Below, one piece after another: positions 26,759-39,987 of a stretch of 64,000 bases of DNA. The notes beneath the pieces are model-generated. The model was not told the origin of the DNA. It did not search any database and saw nothing but the letters and a program-made list of their open reading frames with translations. This stretch comes from Eledone cirrhosa (Eukaryota). The position numbers were made by a program, and so were the translations under genes. Positions within the stretch are counted from its first letter, which is position 1. Each line of letters opens with the position of its first letter. The stretch lies in contig OZ024750.1 of the NCBI GenBank assembly GCA_964016885.1, forward strand, positions 4,092,001 through 4,156,000, read 5' to 3'.

Positions 26759-27029
26759 CCGAAAATGTGCATATTCTCTGTTACGTTGACCTAAAAACAG
26801 TGATATTTTGTCAGCTTTAAAATTTGAGTCCAAGGTCAGTACGACCCGTCTATAGATTTGTTCACAGTCTACAAATAAGGTGAGGTCCGTCGCACGTAGG
26901 CTCAGCGCTAATTTGTGCCAATGATTGTCAGCAAGTTTATATGGGAATGTTTCAATTTGGATATTTTGGTCATGTGTGTAATAAAACCGCAGTTCGTTCC
27001 TCCTGCCACTGCTTTCTATTTCTAGAATT
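26759..27029 (-). CDS. NELL: NELL-like exon (271 nt, phase 2-0): ILEIESSGRRNELRFYY...LADNHWHKLALSL...LFLGQRNREYAHFR, LamG core
   Basis: ttggacag acceptor, CGG/gtaagt donor; lies within ORF 26672..27079; strong NELL TSPN motifs. Confidence 0.95.
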
Positions 27030-27794
27030 CTGTCCAAGAATACAAAGAAAAAAAGGTAAATATTAAACATTGAATACATGATGGAGAAGTAAGGATAATA
27101 TCGTTTGAATGTTTAATGCCCCAGCTGAGATTTAGTTTTAGTTTCTTCAGAACAGCATGATATAAGCTGTTGGCTGGTAGGTTATTCAGCTCCTCAACAT
27201 TCTACATTTGCTTAAGTTTGTCTGATTTAACAAGTTTTTTTGGATTCAACCTTTGCTATTCTATATTGGGTTGATGTCTATGGGATGTCAACTTATGGAC
27301 TCGACTTGATCTTTGATCTTTGCTCTGCTGCTGGTGATCAAACTTTGTGGAGAGAGATATCTTATGTTGTTGAACAGTCTAAAATTGGCGGAGTTTAGCG
27401 TCACAAGAAGAAGACATGATGGAGATAATTTCCATAAATCTGAACAATATTTAACCCTTTAGCATTTAAACCAGCCATATCCAGCCATAATTCTCTCACC
27501 TCTTTCTGTTGAAACTGGCCGTAACTGGCTGCTCATACTTATGTTAAAGTATTGTTCTCAAAATAAATAACATCAAAATCTCATTGATTCAATATTATGT
27601 GAGATAATTATATAAAGTAAAGCCTTTACCACAAAAATACAATAGTATATATAGAGTAGTGTAAATGGTAAAGGGTTAAACCACTTATTCTTAGTTTTGG
27701 AATTTTTGCTGTTACATTTCAAGTATCTGAAGTATTGTAATGTCTTGTGAGTTAGGAATTTGATTTGACCCTTTAGCAATTATATTACTCCCAT

Positions 27795-28062
27795 GACTTT
27801 CAGAAATATTTTTTCAAGCCCAGAGTTGCTGAAGCATGGAACAAACTAGCTGCATCAGTTGTTGAAACACTGCATCCCTTAAAACCTCCATGCTTCCTGA
27901 AATTTGTCAACACTATATCTGATATTCCCCCTCAATACACACGCACACATGTATATCATGACTCATTCACTGTTTCTTGACATTTCTACATTATTCTATG
28001 TACTATAGATGCATCTTTGATGAGTTGTAGTGCACCTGAGCACTGTACACAATAATTTTATT
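27795..28062 (+). mobile_element. CR1-like LINE 3' end
   Basis: RVAEAWNKL.ASVV remnant plus 3' UTR tgagttgtagtgcacctgagcactgtacacaataat; the same tail occurs at 12890-13015 (+), 40945-40985 (-), 56230-56405 (-). Confidence 0.72.
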
Positions 28063-29566
28063 ATATATTATATATTTACGGAAAAGGCTTTACCTCACAT
28101 AATAGCAAAGCTTTGAGATTTTGGTGGTTTATATTTTGAGAACAATACCTTAACATTAGTATGAGCGGCCAGTTACAGCCAGTTTGAACAGAAAGAGGTG
28201 AGAGAATTCTGGTCGGATATGGTTGGCTGAAGTGCTAAAGGGTTAAAGGTAACCCCAAACTCTTCTGACTATGGCCACTACCACTGCCACTCCCTCCACT
28301 ACCACCACCACTGTCTCTACCACTACCTCCACTATCATCACTCCCACTGTCTACCACTACCACCACTTCCACTGTCTACCACTACCACCACTCCTGCCAC
28401 CACCACCACCACTCCTGCCACCACCACCACCACTCCCACCACCACCACTCCCACCACCACCACTCCTACTACCACCCTTCTGACTATCTTATAAAAGACA
28501 GAGTATGATACATAATTACATATAAAGTTGTCATTTCCTTTCCTAATCTTCATAAAGTTCATGAACCACAGACAAAATGTTAAAATTACAACAGTTCTCT
28601 TATATATCCTTTTTTTTTTTATTTCTAATCTATAATCAATGGCTGAAAGAACCAAATCAGACGAAACAATTATAGTACAATAATAGCAAGATATAAAGTG
28701 ATTACTAGATCAGCTCAGTGCATTGTCATCAATCGGGGTCTTAATAAGAACATATGATAAATCCAAAATCTAATTAGATTATGTTCTACTTAGGCGGTTA
28801 GCTTAAGAAAATCTCTGCTTAGATGGACAGGTCTTAGGAAAGTCCTAATTTGACATATAGCTGTGAGAGATTTTCTTCAGTCTCTCTATGTAGTTTTTTT
28901 AGTTCGTTATAATTATAAACAGGTGTGTTCTCAACTAACAGCCACAGATCATCACGGTCTCTGATATGATGTGATATATATATATATATATATATTACTC
29001 CATCTTTCCACTCCCGCCAACACCACCATTTCTCTATAAAGTCATGCTGGTACAACAGAACATCCAGTCCAAACTAATGAGGTCGTGTAGGTGTCATGAC
29101 AAAAAACACAGAGTCCACGCTGTAATGTGGCCGTGTAGGTAACACAGTAAAAAGCTCCCAGTCCACACTGTCAATGTAGTTGGTGTTAGGAAGGGCATCC
29201 AGCCGTAGAAAACCCGCCAGATAGTCCTATACGAACAAGACATTGTCACTTGACCAACCTTGCCTCAAGTGGGACAACTCCCATCTAAACCCATGCGAGC
29301 GTGGAAGATGGACGTTAAATGATGATGATGATATAAGATATATATAACGTTTTTTTATTGGCAGTATCGGTAGAGGGTCGGATGAGTTATGACCCTTTAT
29401 GGTCTGAGTTCAAATCCTGCCGTGGTTAGCTTTGCCTTTCATCCTTACTGGGTCAATAGAATAAAGTACCAGTAACACACTAGGGTCAATTTAATTGACT
29501 TTCCCTTTCCTCCCAAATTGTTGGTCTTGTTCCTAAATAAGAAACAATTATTACTGGCACTGTAAA

Positions 29567-29790
29567 GGCAGTAGATTGGCAGTATCGGTAGAGCGCCGAA
29601 CAACATGCTTTGTGACATATAGTAACAGCTCTTTACGTTCTGAGTTCAAATCGTGCCAAAGTTTGCTTTGCCTTTCATCCTTACGGGGTTGATAAAATAA
29701 AGTACCAGTAATGTACTGGGGATTGATTTTAATCGAATTTCCCCTCCGCTTCAAATTGCTGGCCTTGTGCCTAAAGTAGAAACAATTATT
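29567..29790 (+). mobile_element. SINE family 1 copy, tandem with a copy at 29358-29552
   Basis: A/B boxes, conserved body and tail. Confidence 0.85.
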
Positions 29791-30073
29791 ACAATACATA
29801 ATAAAACAATTCCCACAAAAATTTACTGTCATTGTTTTGACAGCTGTCTGAGGGGGTCAGAGAAGTTTTGCTAGTTGTTAGTTGTTATAAAGGTGTCAAA
29901 GAAACTTAGTAAGATAACAGATATTTTAGATATAGTAAAGTTGTGAAATTATATATGTCAACATGACCTAGATAACAGAAGACAATACACGATATATTTT
30001 TTTTAATACTAGGCAGACATAAATAAGCAGGATAGAATAATGCTTAGGGCAGGCTTTGAACTTGTGACCTGTG

Positions 30074-30392
30074 CATCATCATCACCATCATCATTACTAT
30101 CATCATCATCATCATCACCATCACCATCATCACTATCATTATCATCATCATCATCACTATCATCATTTAGATCACTATCACCATCACCATCATCACCATT
30201 ATTATCATCATCACCATCATCACTATCATCATCACCATCATCATCATCATCACTATCGTCATTTAGATCACTATCACCATCCCCATCATCACCATTATTA
30301 TCATCATCACCATCATCATCATCATCATCACCATCATCATCACCATCATCACCATCATCATCATCACCACCATCACCACCATCACCATTATT

Positions 30393-30424
<32 letters not shown>

Positions 30425-30542
30425 CACTATCATGATCACCACCATCACCATCACCACCATTATCATCATCATCATCACTATCATCATCACCACCATCATC
30501 ACCATCACCACCACCATCACCACCACCATCACTACTACCACC
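30074..30542. repeat. (CAT/CAC)n compound microsatellite with a ~96-bp internal duplication
   Basis: catttagatcactatcacc occurs at about 30163 and 30260. Confidence 0.9.
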
Positions 30543-31066
30543 TGGAGACTAAATCAAATGTCAAAAGATAAGCAACCTTGAGAGAAGATAACACAGGTTA
30601 TACCTATACTTTTAAGTTTAAGATTGGTACACCTGTATTGTAAGCCTGGCAATTATTACTAATAACTAACAACAACTGTAAGATAACTTCCTGGTAAGCT
30701 CCTCCTTCTTCCAGTAGCCTACCTGGGGGTGAAGGGAGTGGTCTGCCCTGGGTGACACTTTTGGGTTGTAGATTATAAGCGTTCTTTTAATGCTGTAGCA
30801 TTATACACAGACTAGTTAATATACAGGGTGTGCTAAAAAATGTATACAAATATTTGTGTGTGTGTGTGTGTATGGCAAAAAGCACCCAGTCCACACTGTA
30901 AATGTGGTTGGCGTTAGGAAGGGCATCCAGCCGTAGAAAACCATCCAGAAACTCTCCTATATGAGCGAGACATGGTAACCCAATCCAACTTGCCTCTAAT
31001 TGGAGCAAACCCATCTAACCCATGTTAGCGTGGAAGATAGACGTTAATTGACGATGATGATGATGA

Positions 31067-31129
<63 letters not shown>

Positions 31130-32059
31130 TTTGAAAAACTATACTTACATTTATTTTTTAACTTTCGGTCAATCAATGATAAACCTTGGTTGCCAGCTAA
31201 ATTATTTATAGAAATATTAATATATACTGAAGTGAAAACCAAACCAAGCAGGGAGTGTGTTTTACTATATTTTTCTGGCAATGTTAGGGACCCTCCCCAA
31301 ATATAGCAATATTTTGGTAGAGTTTTCTAGAAATGTTGAAGGTTGCACATTCACATATATATAAAAAGTGTCATTGGTATGCACTATACTCATTTCTTAT
31401 TCTCTGTTATGCCGTCAAAGAGGAAGCAACATTGATCTATCAAAATCGTTTATTTGGGGTTGGAATAAGCAAAAGTAGTTGAAACGAAGGATCAAAAATA
31501 GGACTCAGACTAAGTTCAGAGGACTTATAAGGAATTAAAAAAAGGAATCACTCGACAAGACCCTATACATTATTTGCTTACTGAGTGGGGTGGGGCCTGT
31601 CAAATTGAACCAAGGAAACAATGTTTCCATTGGTCTTTCCATTGCTGATATTATCTACCAGTTGCAACTCCTGACAGAAGGACTTATAACCACACTATAA
31701 TACAAAGGCTTCTTAATCTGTTTTGGTCTATGCCCCATCACAAGGCCTCAAAAATGTTGAAGCATTTCTCTCAATCATCATCATCATCATCATAATTTTA
31801 CGTCCCCTTTTCCCTGCTTGCAAGGGTGGGATGGGTCCTATTCAGCACAGCATCTCTCCACTGGGATTTCTTGGCATTTCTTTATCCAGTGGTCATCCTC
31901 CATGCACATCAATATAAAAACATATTTAGTTTCCAGGAAATACAATATAAAACCTAGAAATATTTTCACCCCCTGTGGAAGAAGTGCCCCCTGTTCTGTA
32001 CCACTGCCATAACATCAGACTATCAACAGAAACAAAATGTAAAAGAAAGAATACTGTAC

Positions 32060-32210
32060 CTTTTTATGCCTGTCGAGAGGGATAAAATACTCCCAGAACC
32101 TCCAACTTCTTGCTTTAAAGTAGCAAGAAAAGTAATGTCAATGTTCTCTCTGAGAAATTTCTGGGCCTTAGAACTCACTGCATCTGGTAGAACCACCACT
32201 CGCTGGCTAT
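32060..32210 (-). CDS. NELL: NELL-like exon (151 nt, phase 1-2): DSQRVVVLPDAVSSKAQKFLRENIDITFLATLKQEVGGSGSILSLSTGIKR
   Basis: gttacag acceptor, AG/gtacag donor; TFLATLKQ...SGSILS matches TSPN/LamG strands. Confidence 0.92.
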
Positions 32211-32395
32211 CTGTAACAGACATAAAACAAACAATATATATTATATATACATACATACATATATATACATATATATATATATTATATAGTAATACTGTCA
32301 ATCTTGATACTTTCTTCCATCAACCACATTTGTTGTTGTTGTTACTACTACTACTACTACCACCACCTCTACTACTACTACCACCACCACCACCC

Positions 32396-32426
<31 letters not shown>

Positions 32427-32749
32427 CCCTACTACCACCACCACTACTACTACTATCACCACTACCACTACCACTACTATCAGCACTACCACTGCTGCCG
32501 TTACTACTACTACTACTACTACTACCCCCCCCCCCCCCAAATAAATAGACTATCTCCTCTTCTAACAACTCTGCCAATTCACTGCCTTATTTCTATATAT
32601 TACATATTTATAAAAGAGAAAAGATGAAAATACTTAGTTAAAATTCCTAATAAATTAAAAAAAATTCCTTTTCTTCAGAATTTAGGGTATTTTTTTTTTT
32701 TTGTATCAAGAAATATTTTAAGATTTGAACTCATAACTTGCTATCTTTA

Positions 32750-33176
32750 ATTCGGTATTCATGCCAAACCCTTACCTATGGTCATGAATCTTGGGTAATG
32801 ACAGAAAGAATCAAGCAGCCGAAATGGGATTCCTTTGAGGGTGTCTTAGGGCTAATGTTACTCGATAAAGTCCGTAGCTCAGAGATCAAAGAGTCACTCC
32901 AGGTAGAGCCACTACTTCTCTTGAGAGATGACAGCTCTAATACTATGGACATGTGGTTAGAATGTCTGAGGAAAGGATCACTGGACAGATTTTAAGGGCA
33001 AAACCAACTGGCAAGAGACCCAGGGGTAGACCCCCGAGCAAGATGGTTGGATAACATACATGACTTGGCTGGTCTCACTTGGGGATCCAGCTGGATCAGT
33101 TGAAGATGGTTGCTTCTGACAGGACCTGCTGGGAGGAGTGTTTGAGGACTCTGTCCCTACGACCCTCTCAGGAATA
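32750..33176 (+). mobile_element. RTE-clade LINE 3' fragment
   Basis: TLTYGHESWVMTERI, LLDKVRSSEIKESLQVEPLLL, YGHVVRM, PTGKRPRGRP with frameshifts; related pieces at 11590-11665, 41858-42175, 59018-59232. Confidence 0.85.
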
Positions 33177-34125
33177 ACATTGCTTCATAGATTCATGTCC
33201 AAAGGGTCAATCAGAACTGATCCAAACTGAAGATTAATCAGGTCTAGGTTATACTTATTTTTCAGATTAAGAGATCCTAAATAGGTTAAGCTATATTTGT
33301 AACTGTTTCATTACAATATTCTTAATAAGAATCACAGACTAGAATTTTCAAATAATTTTGAAAATAATAAAGAATTTGGAGTAATATACTAACATCACTA
33401 GTTAATTATTTATCTGGTATTTGGAACATAACTTAAAGGTTCTCACATAAAATCATGATGGAAGATTTTTAGATAATCATAAACATTTTAAAATACACAA
33501 CCTAAAATTGTAGAACCAAGGTTAGTTTCAGGCAGTTTGGTATCAAAAGGGTTAATCCTAGAACACAAAGTGACTTGATTAAATAGAATATATCTTCCCA
33601 ATATGAATGACAAGGTGAACTCAGCTCACTTCAGGATACTTTCTAAAAAGAACTGGACAGCAGCCAAGTTTTAAAAGTCTTTACTCCACAAAATACACAG
33701 AACTTTAATTTTTAACATTCTCTGAGCAATTAGAGCTTAACTGACTTCACAAGAGAATGATGATGAATTGAGAAAAATTGCCAAAAACGAACATGGACTA
33801 TTTGTATTTTTCTATTTGCACATCTAAGTCTGCAAACTCTTCCCAATAAGAGTTGAATGGTGGAGATATTGGAGGCTGGTAGTAAAACTAAGGTTAGTTC
33901 TGAAGTTTGGTAATAGCCAAAATACACAAACAAGAATTGCATTCCATTTAAATAGTATTCACAGGAGGAAACAACAATAGATAAGAATGGGTAATTGAAT
34001 ACTGAGTTCCTTTCAACAATAAACATGAAAAGAAAATTATCAATGTGAATTCTGATTTCCTATAAAGACATAAAGCAGAATGTTTACAAAGAAAGGTTAT
34101 GTGAGAGAGTGTATATTCACGCAGT

Positions 34126-34184
<59 letters not shown>

Positions 34185-34384
34185 GTTATTCATGTAGCTG
34201 TATCTTATGAATAAAGATCAGATCACTTTAATGGAATGTTCATGTGTGTACACACACACAAATATACACACACACATATACACACACTCACATATACACT
34301 CACACATGTAAAATGGTGCACTGGAATGTTCATGTGTTCATGCACACACACTCACTCACACATACACACACATATAAAGTAGTC

Positions 34385-35572
34385 TACACTGTAAAGTAGA
34401 CATGTAGGTGTCACAACAAAAAGCACCAGTCCACACTGTAAAGTGGACATGTAGGTGTCACAACAAAAAGCACCATCCTACATTGTAAAGTGGTCATGTA
34501 GGTGTCACAACAAAAAGCACCAGCCCACACTGTAAAGTGGCCGTGTAAGTGTCACCAACCCACACTGTAAAGTGGACATGTAGGTGTCACAACAAAAAGC
34601 ACCATCCTACACTGTAAAGTGGTCATGTAGGTGTCACAACAAAAAGCACCAGCCCACATTGTAAAGTGGACATGTAGGTGTCACAACAAAAAGCACCAGT
34701 CCACACTGTAAAGTAGACATGTAGGTGTCACAACAAAAAGCACCAGTCCACACTGTAAAGTGGACATGTAGGTGTCACAACAAAAAGCACCAGCCCACAT
34801 TGTAAAGTGGACATGTAGGTGTCACAACAAAAAGCACCAGCCCACACTGTAAAGTGGTCGTGTAAGTGTCACCAACCCACACTGTAAAGTGGTCATGTAG
34901 GTGTCACAACAAAACGCACCAGCCCACATTGTAAAGTGGACATGTAGGTGTCACAACAAAAAGCACCAGTCCACACTGTAAAGTAGACATGTAGGTGTCA
35001 CAACAAAAAGCACCATCCTACATTGTAAAGTGGTCATGTAGGTGTCACAACAAAAAGCACCAGCCCACACTGTAAAGTGGTCGTGTAAGTGTCACCAACC
35101 CACACTGTAAAGTGGACATGTAGGTGTCACAACAAAAAGCACCATCCTACACTGTAAAGTGGTCATGTAGGTGTCACAACAAAAAGCACCAGCCCACATT
35201 GTAAAGTGGACATGTAGGTGTCACAACAAAAAGCACCAGTCCACACTGTAAAGTAGACATGTAGGTGTCACAACAAAAAGCACCAGTCCACACTGTAAAG
35301 TGGACATGTAGGTGTCACAACAAAAAGCACCAGCCCACATTGTAAAGTGGACATGTAGGTGTCACAACAAAAAGCACCAGCCCACACTGTAAAGTGGTCG
35401 TGTAAGTGTCACCAACCCACACTGTAAAGTGGTCATGTAGGTGTCACAACAAAATGCACCCAGCCCACACTGTAAAGTGGTCGTGTAGGTGTCACAACAA
35501 AACGCACCAGTCCACACTGTAAAGTGGTCGTGTAGGTGTCACAACAAAACGCACCAGTCCACATTGTAAAGT
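34385..35572. repeat. 47/35-bp minisatellite with 540-bp higher-order repeat, SINE-derived
   Basis: Unit cacactgtaaagtggacatgtaggtgtcacaacaaaaagcaccagtc; 34441-34910 recurs at 34981-35450; runs into the SINE tail at 35572. Confidence 0.95.
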
Positions 35573-35767
35573 GGTTGGCATTAAGAAGGGCATCCAGCTG
35601 TAGAAACCAAGCCCAAATCAGTCCAGTCTGAGCTGCAGATGGTCATCTGCTCTGGCTTGGCTCACATCTGGACAACTCATCTAACCCATGCTAGCGTGGG
35701 ATAATGGATGTTAAATGATGATGATGATGATAATGGTACTGCTGATTATATATATAATAAGTTGATC

Positions 35768-35816
<49 letters not shown>

Positions 35817-37837
35817 GCCTTTTTGGCATATTTTGGCAGTGATTAGGGTTATTGTGTTTGAGCTCTACTGAGGAACGGCTCCAACTGTGACCATCCCCAC
35901 TGAAAAATTTCGTGAAATAGTCTTTTTAAGACTATATAGAGCATTTGTAGTTTTTCCAAATTGAAGGATGAGTATTTAAGCTTTATTTTATTTTGAGTTA
36001 AGACTCTATTGGTTTTTTTCCTGGATTTCTCAAAATCTGTAGATAAAATCTGTCTTGATTTTTTTAAAATTGAGTTTGAATTATTTTCCCATATCTTATG
36101 TTAATTATTTTCCATTTTGACATTATAGTCACATATATTATGCTCATAATAATTCCTATATTTTCATTTATATATATATATAGGGTGTCATCCCAAAAAT
36201 GTAAACACACTTTGATTACCTGTACAGGCAATATTTATTAGAATGCACATGAAACAATTCATGTCCAAAAATACAGAAGCCATTTCATTCATACAACTGT
36301 GTAAAATTTCTTGTAAAGAAGTATAAACAGTGAGACAGCTTATTCATAGTAGACCATGAGAGAAACTAGTAATATAATCTTGGCAGATGTCAGCATCTAG
36401 ATGCCAGATCATCAATATAATCTTTGCCAAAACACAAGTTGAAAGACTTACTTTATGGAACACATCCAAAGATTATAAATATGTTTTCAGTTATTTTATA
36501 GCTACCTATAGAAAATTCCACTGTTTTTGCTATTTTCTACTAATGAATATCATGACTATTTTAAGATGATCTAGCATTAGGATTTCCCATAAAGTTCAAG
36601 TTTCCAATTACTATAAATATAATTTCAGTTATTTTAAAGCTACTGACAGAAAATTCCACCATTTTGCTATTTTGAACTAATGAGTCTAACCCATGTTAGT
36701 GTGGAAAATGGTCGTTAAACGATGATGATGATGAATACAACTGTTTTTAAATGTTTTAGCTTTAGGATTTTCTAGAAAGTTCAAATTTATAAGAAAGCAA
36801 CAATGAAATTGCATTAAGTTTATCATCATCATCAACGTCAATATCACCACACTTGCATGGGTTGGACAGGTCCTTCTCAGCACAGCATCTCTTCACTCCC
36901 CACGTTCCTTTATTATCTCCTCTGTGAGTCTCAGCATTATCTCCTCTGTGATTTGAGATCAGCTCTCACTACCACTGCCCAAGTCTTACTTGGTTTACCT
37001 CTAATGCAGCTTCCCTCCACTGGGATTTTCTGGCACCTCTTCACCAGAATTCTCTCTCCTCTTTCTGTTCAAACTAGCTGTAACTGGCCACTCATACTGA
37101 TGTTAAGGTATTGTTCTCAAAATAAATAATATCAAAATCTCATAGATTCAGATTCGATATTATGTGAGATATTATGTGAGATAAAGCCTTTACTGCAAAA
37201 AAACAATAGTAAATATAGAGTAATGTAAATGCTAAAGGGTTAAATTTTGTTTCTTTTTCACAAGGAAGTTCATTTTAGTTGTTCTTCATGTACAGTCTAT
37301 TTCATTGTTTCAACACTTTGTATTATTAATATTTGCTGACTCAGCACACGTCTATTTTCTGCAGATTCTGCTGTTTTACTATAGATAGACTCAATGATGA
37401 GAGTACAATAACTGCCTTTGTTCCTCTTCAGTTATCTGACTTGCAGTGTTTTTAGTCATGTAACTTTAGAAATAATGTGATAACATTAATTTCCCTTCAC
37501 TTAGATGATCTCCTACCTAGTCAAAAGTAATCAATACTTTAAAATTCTCAGGAAAATGGGAAAACTCAGCATATGGAAGCTGTTAGAATCAACTCACATC
37601 GAGCCACTGATCTCTGTCCTTCGAGGTAATATTGCTATTCTAGCAAGCTTCAATACGCAGTTTTCCCCCCCATTTTCCTGAGAATCCTAATACACTCGTG
37701 TCTCAAAACTCTCTTTTCAAGTTAATTTGTCAATACTTTAGAATTTTATGTAGCCAAGATTGATTATTAGGACACATATCATAAATGATTGGAAAATTTC
37801 TATTTTTTTGTTCTATAAATGATAATAAAAAATATAT

Positions 37838-38178
37838 GGCGGCACATGGCTTAGTGGTTAGAGCATTGGCCTTGCAATCGAAAGGTTGTGAGTTCAATTC
37901 TCAGACCGGGCGATGTATTGTTTCCTTGAGCAAGACACTTTATTTCACATTGCTCCAGTTTACTTAGCTGTAGAAATGAGATCATAGGGACTGGGGTCCA
38001 TATCATTCCACTGCAAAGTGGTCGTGGAGGTGCCACGGCAAAAAAGCACCCAGCACTCACTGTAAATGAGGTTGGTGTTAGGAAGATCATCCAGCTGTAG
38101 AAATCAAGCCAAAATCAGTTTCCGTCCCACCCTTGCAAGCAGGGAAAAGTGGACGTAAAATGAAATGATGATGATGAT
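37838..38178 (+). mobile_element. CORE-type SINE with RTE-like 3' part and (ATG)n tail
   Basis: tggcttagtggttagagc, gtgagttcaattctc, CORE-like segment, then aaaaagcacccag..ggttggtgttaggaag..catccagctgtagaaa..ggacgtaaaatga; reversed partial copy at 44795-45012. Confidence 0.78.
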
Positions 38179-39221
38179 ATGGCATAATTACGATGGTTCA
38201 AATGATTTATCTCAATGTCACACAATTTTATCTTAACCCTTTAGCATTCGCATTATTCTATATATACTATTGTATTTTTGCAGTAAAGGCTTTATTTTAC
38301 CTAATATCTCACATAATATCGAATCTATGAGATTTTGATATTATTTATTTTGAAAACAATACCTTAACATAAGTATAAGCAGCTAGTTACAGCCGGTTTG
38401 AACAGAAAGAAGTGAGAGAATTCTGGCCAGATATGGCCGATTTAAATGCTAAAGAGTTAATGGAGCTACAGCTTTATGGCTCCTTAAATAGTTTCATAGA
38501 ATCTGTTTACAATATGTCACCAATGTTTTCTAATTAATATAACGTGACATCCTATAAACCATTAAGAAACAATTCTAAATATTATTGTCTTTAATGTGAT
38601 ATTACCCTCTAGGAAGAAGGGTTCTGTGAGTCGTCTGTTACAGTGTAATGGCAGTAACAGACACAATTTAGAAAATATTAAAATGTTGTAGTTTGAAGCA
38701 TTGTATATAATATATAATGTGGATAGAAGGTTAAACAATGCAAAATGGATGATAAGATGAAGGTAACAGAAAAGTAAGTTACCTTAGAAGATATTGATTG
38801 AGAAACATTTCAAGCTATTTATACTATTTGAAATATCTACAAATGTTTGTCAGTAAAATTAAGAACAAATAATATAGATGCTATTAGTTTAACCCTTCAG
38901 CAATCAAACCAGCCATATCTGGCCAGAATTCTCTCACCTCTTTCTGTTCAAACCGGCTGTAACTAGCTAGTCATACTAATTAATGTTAAGGTATTGTTTT
39001 CAAAATAAATTATATCAAAATCTCATAGATTCGATATTATGTGAGATGATTAAGTGAAGTAAAGCCTTTACTACGAAAATACAATAGTAGATATAGAGTA
39101 ATGTAAATGTTATGTGAGGTATTATGTGAAGTAAAGCCTTTACTGTGAAAATACAATAGTAGATATAGAGTAATGTAAATACTAAAGGGTTAACACTAAC
39201 TAACCAGACTATTAATAATAA

Positions 39222-39405
39222 TTGTTTCTACTTTTGGCACAAGGCCAGCAATTATCCTAGTGTATTACTGGTACTTTATTTTATCGACCCGTAAGGATGA
39301 AAGGCAAAGCTAACCTCGGCGGGATTTGAACGCAGAACGCAAAGGGCCATAACTCTATGCTGTAAAGCATGGTGTCTGACGCTCTACCGATACTGCCAAT
39401 TCACC
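39222..39405 (-). mobile_element. SINE family 1 copy
   Basis: Reverse complement of the family consensus. Confidence 0.85.
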
Positions 39406-39954
39406 AATAATAATTAATAATAATGTAATTTAATTATATCTAAGAAAGGATATTTCAGGCTATGTGATAAACTCATTCTTTTGTGGTCTTGTTTGCAGGG
39501 TGCAGCCCCACCACAGCCATGCCCTAGAGCCCATTACATCCTCTCTTCACTCTCCCATCCTTCTGTGACCCCAGAGCCCTTGCCCTTCATTTTCTGTTTT
39601 TAATTATCTGTAATGTTGTTACTGGAAATAGATTTGTTTATGATTTCCTTGATTTTAAAACTGTAAATGTCTTAGAAGAAGAATTGATTGTGACAACTCT
39701 CAAACTGACATATCAACTTCTCAACATTCTTTCATCCCCCAAAACAAAAACCCAAAAAATAAATGGACATTATGGTGCAACACATTATCCAAGCTGGGAC
39801 CATAGTTGTTTAACTTGTAAACCTATATAAGATCAAAGTTTACATCTTACACTGAATCACAGATCTATCAAATTTATATTAAACATAACAAAAATTATCA
39901 CCAAATATATAGTAGTAGTACACATCAGGAAAAGACACACAGACACACATACAT

Positions 39955-39987
<33 letters not shown>

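Noticed and set aside
30071-30571. Poly-His, poly-Ser and poly-Met/Val ORFs; likewise the Thr/Asn, Leu/Ala, ER and YI-repeat ORFs elsewhere
   Set aside because: Translations of microsatellites, open in several frames and strands, with no splice or domain support.
34385-35572. CRISPR-like regular array (also 19698-20493, 44135-44612, 48283-48897)
   Set aside because: Units are contiguous near-identical repeats without unique spacers, there are no cas genes, and the context is a eukaryotic intron.
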